From contig JBAYFP010000003.1 of assembly GCA_041667145.1 (NCBI GenBank), positions 8,424 through 72,423 of the forward strand: DNA of 64,000 bases, read 5' to 3'. Position numbers and translations under genes: made by a program. Source of the DNA: Minisyncoccota bacterium. GTDB lineage: Bacteria > Patescibacteriota > Minisyncoccia > Phycocordibacterales > UBA9973. Shown piece by piece: positions 58,621 through 64,000 of this stretch. The stretch's first letter is position 1; each line of letters starts with the position of its first letter. The notes beneath the pieces are model-generated. The model ran no database searches. It had not been told where the DNA came from and saw only the letters and a list, made by a program, of their open reading frames with translations.

Positions 58621-59319
58621 ATGAAAAAATACATAAACCTGTTTATTATAAGCGCATTAGTATTCTCGCTCTTTGGCCCCCTTAAGATGGTCCAAGCAGT
58701 TGAAGATTCAAATGAGGCAGATAAGAATCTAGGGCAAGAAGTAAAAACTTTAGAACAAGACTTTAAAGAGAAAAAGGATGAGGTCAAAAATGAATTAAAA
58801 GATAAAATAGAAAAAATAAGAGAAGATGCAAATACTTTGAGAGAGGAGGCAAAAAGTAAAATGGAGGTATTAAAAGAAAATTTGAAAAAACAAAAAGATC
58901 AAGTTAAAGCAAAGGTCGCAGAACTCCGAATCACCGGCCGCGAAAAAGCTTTAGAAAGATTTGATAACAAAATAAAAGAGTTAGAAGATTTAAAACAAAA
59001 AGTTGGTAATCAAATCATTAAATTAAAAGCAAAAGGAATAGATACAACTGGAGCAGAAAGTTTAGTTACCATTATTGAAGCAAAATTAGCTACAATAAAA
59101 GCAAAAATAGCAGAAGCTAATACATTGTTGGCGCAATCCACAAACCAACTTTCAGCAGAAAATAAGGCTAAATTACAAACTCTCACTAAAGATACACAAA
59201 CCCTAATCCAAGAAGTACACAAAGCTTTAAACGATGCAGTCAAATCATTAAAGGATGCAGTAAAAGCAAAAAATGCTACCACTGAAAAAGCTTCCACAGA
59301 GACAGAGAATAATCAATAA
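58621..59319 (+). CDS. Secreted coiled-coil protein
   Basis: Signal peptide (VQA), K/E/A-rich helical body. Confidence 0.7.
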   Translation: MKKYINLFIISALVFSLFGPLKMVQAVEDSNEADKNLGQEVKTLEQDFKEKKDEVKNELKDKIEKIREDANTLREEAKSKMEVLKENLKKQKDQVKAKVAELRITGREKALERFDNKIKELEDLKQKVGNQIIKLKAKGIDTTGAESLVTIIEAKLATIKAKIAEANTLLAQSTNQLSAENKAKLQTLTKDTQTLIQEVHKALNDAVKSLKDAVKAKNATTEKASTETENNQ

Positions 59320-59345
59320 ATTATAAATTTAAATAAAATAATCTT

Positions 59346-59579
59346 ATGGAAACAGAAAAAAAATCAAATGGAGCATTACTTGGATCAATAGTCATCATCG
59401 TCCTCCTTATCATTGGTGGTATATACATCTGGCAATCTAAAGTACAGAAAGCTTTGGAGCAAAAGAAAACGGAAGCTGGAATGGTGACGCCTGAAGACGC
59501 AAATGCATTAGATGCACTTGACCAAGACATAAATGCAACAGATCCTAATGTAGGAGTAGATGCAAGTACTATAAATTAA
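59346..59579 (+). CDS. Small membrane-anchored protein
   Basis: GALLGSIVIIVLLIIGGIYIW TM followed by an acidic tail. Confidence 0.65.
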   Translation: METEKKSNGALLGSIVIIVLLIIGGIYIWQSKVQKALEQKKTEAGMVTPEDANALDALDQDINATDPNVGVDASTIN

Positions 59580-59586
59580 AAATAAT

Positions 59587-59688
59587 AAAAATGTAAAGAA
59601 ACACTTTTTCATGGCTCGCACTCGAACCTGAATATGGTTTACGAATGTAATATTGCGTATGCCAAAAAAAGTGTTTCTTTACATTTTT
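59587..59688. repeat. Long-arm hairpin element upstream of tig
   Basis: Perfect 23-bp arms AAAAATGTAAAGAAACACTTTTT / AAAAAGTGTTTCTTTACATTTTT; nested TGGC/GCCA, CGCA/TGCG, AACC/GGTT. Confidence 0.92.
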
Positions 59689-59768
59689 TACGGAAGTTAT
59701 TAAAAAGCATCTGCTTCGTGTTTTTTTATTATCTTTGCATTTTTTTTAAAAAAATATAGTATATTTAT

Positions 59769-60857
59769 ATGTCTAAAATAAACGTAAAAAAATTACCAAA
59801 AAGTGAAGTAGAAATCGAAGGAGAGATAGAAGCTGATGTTTTTGAGGCCTATTTCAGTAAGGCTGTAAAAAAAATAGGAGAAAACTTGGAAATGGATGGT
59901 TTCCGAAAAGGAAAAGTCCCTGAAAATATTTTACTTTCTAAGATACCCGAAGCACAAATATTAGGAGAAATGGCAGAGCTTGCACTCAGTGAACATTACC
60001 CACAAATTTTAAAAGATGAAAAGATTGATGCCATCAGCCAACCAGAAATTTCTATCACCAAACTCGCTCGTAAAAATCCTCTAGGATTTAAAATAAAAAC
60101 AGCAACGATGCCTGAGATGGATCTTCCTGATTATAAACAAATCGCTAAAAAAGTTGTTTCAGAAATAAAAGACGAAGAAAAAAACGTAGAACCCACCGAG
60201 AAAGAAGTAGAAGACACTATCATGGACATCAGAAAATCACGTGCTCCTAAAATACATATGGCAAATGAAGCTGAACACATACACAAGGAAGGTGAAAAAC
60301 ATGAGCACGAAGAAAAAAAAGAGATAAAAGAAGAAGAACTACCACCATTTAATGATGAATTCGTACAAGCATTAGGACCCTTCAAAAATATAGAGGATTT
60401 TAAAGAAAAATTAAAACAAAATATAAAATTAGAAAAAGAAAATCAGTTAAAAGAAAAAACCCGACTAAAAATCGTAGAAAAAATAATCGACGACTTGAAA
60501 GTTGAAATGCCAGAAATCCTAATAGAAGTAGAATTAAACAAAATTTTATATAGAATGGAATCTGACATCACTCAAATGGGTCTAAAATTCGAGGACTATT
60601 TGAAACATTTAAGCAAGACAGTTGAGGATTTGAGAAAAGAATTCAGAGTCGATGCAGAAAAGAAAGCAAAACTTGGTTTAATCTTAAATAAAATAGCTGA
60701 ATTAGAAAAAATTACTGCCGACCCTGAACAAGTAGCCAATGAAGTAGCAAAAATACTCGAACATTACAAAGATACTGATGCTGAACGCGCCACAATACAC
60801 GCTGAAAATGTTTTAACTAATGAAAAGGTGTTTCAGTTTTTGGAAGAACAGAAATAG
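59769..60857 (+). CDS. tig: Trigger factor lacking the FKBP/PPIase domain
   Basis: DGFRKGKVP ribosome-binding loop, LP.FNDEF, C-terminal domain; only 362 aa. Confidence 0.88.
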   Translation: MSKINVKKLPKSEVEIEGEIEADVFEAYFSKAVKKIGENLEMDGFRKGKVPENILLSKIPEAQILGEMAELALSEHYPQILKDEKIDAISQPEISITKLARKNPLGFKIKTATMPEMDLPDYKQIAKKVVSEIKDEEKNVEPTEKEVEDTIMDIRKSRAPKIHMANEAEHIHKEGEKHEHEEKKEIKEEELPPFNDEFVQALGPFKNIEDFKEKLKQNIKLEKENQLKEKTRLKIVEKIIDDLKVEMPEILIEVELNKILYRMESDITQMGLKFEDYLKHLSKTVEDLRKEFRVDAEKKAKLGLILNKIAELEKITADPEQVANEVAKILEHYKDTDAERATIHAENVLTNEKVFQFLEEQK

Positions 60858-60862
60858 AATTT

Positions 60863-61105
60863 CTATTCTCCTTTTAATCCTTTACTAAAGGTATCAGGTT
60901 GCTTCCAGCCTCTATGACTAAAATCAAATATTTTATCGACTTCTTCCTTCGACAAACCTTTCTCTTTTGCTATTCTTATGATATCAGAACAAGTACTAAC
61001 ATGTGGTGCTTCTTTAGAATCAAAAAGAAGATCAAAAATCTTTTTAAATTCTTTAATAGTTTCCTCTCTCTCCTCAGACATGATCTTATTAGGTATGTTT
61101 TCCAT
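60863..61105 (-). CDS. Small hypothetical protein
   Basis: ORF fills the gap between tig and the RAYT; start uncertain. Confidence 0.4.
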   Translation of the reverse strand: MENIPNKIMSEEREETIKEFKKIFDLLFDSKEAPHVSTCSDIIRIAKEKGLSKEEVDKIFDFSHRGWKQPDTFSKGLKGE

Positions 61106-61208
61106 AGTAATATATCTTAACGCCATTAGCGAAATTATTTTATAATACCTTAATACTACCCCCCCCCGACATATTTTGTCAAATATTTGTATTAATCCAG
61201 CCCACTAC

Positions 61209-61913
61209 TTAAACACTTGGACATCGGATGTCCAAGTGTTTAATTTTCTAATTCTTTTAACATTTCTTTTCTTAATTCCATATCTTCCAACGATGAAGAG
61301 ACAAAGTCCTCGTACTCTTTTTTATTTCTAAACTGTTCTAGCACAATATTTGTATTACAAAATTTATTATTTAACGTTTCATCTAAAAATTCATTCAAAC
61401 TTGATTTACTCAACTTAGACATCGGATGTCCAAGTTTGTTATTTCCATTAATATAAGCGCTAAGGTGAAGCAAATATTCATTTGAATCAATATGTTTTGA
61501 TTTAAATTTACCTTGGAAAAGAACACCGCTACGTTTATGCCTATTATTAAAATATTTTGTATACCCATTCCCCAACCTCTGCATAAATTTCTCAACCCCT
61601 TTCTCTTGAAGAGGAGTAATTAAAAAATGAAAGTGATTAGGGTTCATACAATAAGCAATAAATTGTACAAGCGGTTTCTTTTTTTTATTAGCTTCGCCAA
61701 ACTTTTTCTTAAAAGAAAATTCATAAACACTACCGATTGGCTCTGTTTGATTAAAATCAAATATACTTTCACAAAAACGAAATAAATCCTTTTCATCAAC
61801 AAAAATATTCCTCTTATCTGTTCCACGATTATAAATATGATAATACTCATTAATTGCAAAAGAATGTTTTCTCATACTCAAACTATATCACTTGGACATC
61901 GGATGTCCAAGTG
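61209..61913. mobile_element. RAYT/REP locus 2 lying between tig and clpP
   Basis: TTGGACAT-CGG-ATGTCCAA palindromes at 61209-61243, 61412-61436 (intragenic, one mismatch) and 61889-61913. Confidence 0.82.
61240..61875 (-). CDS. REP-associated tyrosine transposase (RAYT, Y1_Tnp HUH family)
   Basis: [46 protein letters not shown]; ATG 61875 has TGaTATAGT 6 nt upstream. Confidence 0.9.
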   Translation of the reverse strand: MRKHSFAINEYYHIYNRGTDKRNIFVDEKDLFRFCESIFDFNQTEPIGSVYEFSFKKKFGEANKKKKPLVQFIAYCMNPNHFHFLITPLQEKGVEKFMQRLGNGYTKYFNNRHKRSGVLFQGKFKSKHIDSNEYLLHLSAYINGNNKLGHPMSKLSKSSLNEFLDETLNNKFCNTNIVLEQFRNKKEYEDFVSSSLEDMELRKEMLKELEN

Positions 61914-61950
61914 GCTTGATTCACTCATAAAACAGGTATATTATAGACAC

Positions 61951-62550
61951 ATGTTAATACCAACAGTAATAGAAAAATCACAATTTGGAGAAAGAGCTTA
62001 TGATATATACTCCCGTCTTTTAAGAGAGAGAATAGTTTTCTTGGCTGGCCCTATCGATGACAACGTCGCAAATATCGTCATTGCACAGCTTTTATTTTTA
62101 GAATCAGAAGATTCAAAAAAAGATATCTCACTCTATATCAACTCCCCTGGCGGATCTGTGACTTCAACTTTAGCAATAGTAGACACCATGAACCATGTTC
62201 GCCCAGATATTTCTACTTTTTGTGTGGGAATAGCGGCATCCGGTGCAGCTATTATACTTTCTGCAGGTAAAAAAGGTAAAAGATTTATTTTGCCAAATGC
62301 AGAAATAATGATTCATCAGCCACTCGGTGGTGTAGAGGGACAAGCTACAGATATCGCTATCACTGCTAAACACATTTTGAAAACGAGAGACAATTTAAAT
62401 AAAATTTTAGCCAAAAATACAGGCAAACCTCTAACTCAAATAGAAAAAGATGTGGAAAGAGATTTCTTCATGGATGCAGAAGAGGCCAAGAAATATGGCA
62501 TTATCGATGAAATAGTCACCAAATCAAAAGCCCCTACTCCAAAATCATAA
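61951..62550 (+). CDS. clpP: ATP-dependent Clp protease proteolytic subunit
   Basis: [36 protein letters not shown]; start set at ATG 61951. Confidence 0.97.
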   Translation: MLIPTVIEKSQFGERAYDIYSRLLRERIVFLAGPIDDNVANIVIAQLLFLESEDSKKDISLYINSPGGSVTSTLAIVDTMNHVRPDISTFCVGIAASGAAIILSAGKKGKRFILPNAEIMIHQPLGGVEGQATDIAITAKHILKTRDNLNKILAKNTGKPLTQIEKDVERDFFMDAEEAKKYGIIDEIVTKSKAPTPKS

Positions 62551-62590
62551 GTTTCTCAAAAAACACAAAAACTGACTAATTATCAACATA

Positions 62591-62619
62591 TAGACAAAAT
62601 ATGTTTAATTTGTTATATT
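62591..62619 (+). promoter_or_regulatory. Sigma70 promoter upstream of rny
   Basis: TAGACA-17 nt-(TGt)TATATT. Confidence 0.6.
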
Positions 62620-62798
62620 ACATATGTTGAATTTTACAAATTTATTTTCACTTAGTTTATAAGAATATCCTATATATGTTGTTGAGAGATAAAATTTTAG
62701 AGAAAAATTCCCCATGTTTTAAAGGAATCAATCATATCTTTTGCCTAAGAGCAAAACTGCAGATATAGTGGCTTGTTTTTATAAGCTGAAATAAGCTT

Positions 62799-64000
62799 AT
62801 GAGCACATTAATAATAATTCTAATCGGAGTCGGTGTACTCCTTTTGGGTGTAGGAATCGGATATTATCTCCGAGTTATCGTCGCGTTAGGAAAAAGAAAA
62901 TCTATAGAAATTGACATCAAACAAATGATGGTCGGTGCCAAAGAAGAGGCACAAAAAATAACAGATGAAGCCAAAAATAAAGTAGAAAAGAGGCTTACAG
63001 AGTTAAAGGAAGAAGAAAAGAAGAGAGAGCAAGAATATAAAGAGACAGAAAAAAGACTTATCAAAAAAGATGAGTTTTTAGACATTCGACAAGTCGAAAT
63101 AAATAAAGAAGCTGAAAATATCAAATTAAAAGTAGAAGAAGTAAAAAAAATTCAAGAAAAAATATCAGGAATCGAAACAGAAAAAAGAGCCGAACTTGAA
63201 AAAGTATCAAAACTCACAGAAGAAGAAGCAAAAGAAGTATTGATGAGAGATATCGAGAAAAAATATGAAGAAGATATCTTAATCAGAATCCAAAAACTTG
63301 AAAATAGTAATGAAGAAAAGTTGGACAGAAGAGCAAAAGATATCTTGGCTACATCCATCCAACGTCTTGCTTCAAGTACTGCCTCTGAATTGATGACGAC
63401 TATCGTCAGTATCCCAAATAACGAAATAAAAGGTAAAGTTATCGGAAAAGAAGGCCGAAATATAAGAGCTTTTGAGAGGGCTTCAGGAGTAGAGCTCATT
63501 GTGGATGATACTCCAGGATCTATCATCATTTCATCTTTCGACCCTATCAGACGACAAGTAGCTCGTTTAGCTCTTGAAAATTTAATCTTAGATGGACGCA
63601 TCCAGCCAGCCAAAATTGAAGAACTAGTAGAAAAAGCTAAAGAGGATATAAATAAAATCATAAAAGAAAAAGGTGAACAAGCAGTGTATGAATGTGGAAT
63701 ATTTAATTTTGATCCACGCATTGTCGCTATCATAGGACGATTATATTTCCGTACAAGTTATGGGCAAAATGTTCTTCAACATTCTATAGAGATGGCACAT
63801 ATCGCTGGAATGATTGCTGAAGAACTCGGAGCAGATGTAGCCATCGCTAAAGCAGGTGCATTAGTACATGATATAGGAAAAGCACTCGATCATGAAGTAC
63901 AAGGTACTCATATAGAGATAGGTATGAGAATATTACAGAAATTCGGTGCGGACGAGCGTATTATAACTGCGATGAAGTCACATCATGAAGATCATCCTTA
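62799..64000 (+). CDS. rny: Ribonuclease Y (runs off the right edge)
   Basis: Not in the ORF track; translated by hand: TM anchor, coiled coil, KGKVIGKEGRNIRAFE (KH domain), RTSYGQNVLQHS, HDIGK (HD domain). Confidence 0.96.
   Translation, partial: MSTLIIILIGVGVLLLGVGIGYYLRVIVALGKRKSIEIDIKQMMVGAKEEAQKITDEAKNKVEKRLTELKEEEKKREQEYKETEKRLIKKDEFLDIRQVEINKEAENIKLKVEEVKKIQEKISGIETEKRAELEKVSKLTEEEAKEVLMRDIEKKYEEDILIRIQKLENSNEEKLDRRAKDILATSIQRLASSTASELMTTIVSIPNNEIKGKVIGKEGRNIRAFERASGVELIVDDTPGSIIISSFDPIRRQVARLALENLILDGRIQPAKIEELVEKAKEDINKIIKEKGEQAVYECGIFNFDPRIVAIIGRLYFRTSYGQNVLQHSIEMAHIAGMIAEELGADVAIAKAGALVHDIGKALDHEVQGTHIEIGMRILQKFGADERIITAMKSHHEDHP

Noticed and set aside
59610-59665. tRNA fragment (GGTTCGAG on the minus strand)
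   Set aside because: No T-stem, anticodon arm or acceptor stem can be formed.
61159-61167. C9 homopolymer as a phase-variable switch
   Set aside because: Intergenic and single, with no clear promoter geometry; would need read-level length variation.

Overview
This is an AT-rich, genetic code 11 chromosomal segment with most genes on the minus strand. Gene content and family style suggest a Patescibacteria/CPR (Parcubacteria-like) bacterium; that assignment is inference. Housekeeping genes include ftsK, recA, efp, rpsF-ssb-rpsR, metG, glyQS, ileS, argS, dut, tmk, glyA, rnhA, recJ, pgk, tpiA, nusA, hppA, tig, clpP and rny. The window also has a type IV pilus/competence cluster, a split ComEC and several large surface proteins. 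The least explained layer is non-genic. (1) Two REP-associated HUH tyrosine transposases (RAYT-like) each have their own cognate palindrome. (2) At least eight 85-150 bp elements have a structured core, mostly GC-rich, closed by 23-32 bp AT-rich inverted arms that are unique to each locus; two of them share a 33-nt core (32/33 identical) but have unrelated arms. (3) Several other palindrome families lie in-frame inside housekeeping genes (tatD, ileS, argS, rnhA, comEC). Other notable signals are an ultra-short-stem-I Ile T-box with a terminator, an IleRS2 with a GIHH motif and an inserted His-phosphatase domain, pervasive leaderless-type promoters, and DnaA boxes at a near-constant distance upstream of surface-protein promoters. 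No tRNA, rRNA or CRISPR array was found. All alignments were done by eye.
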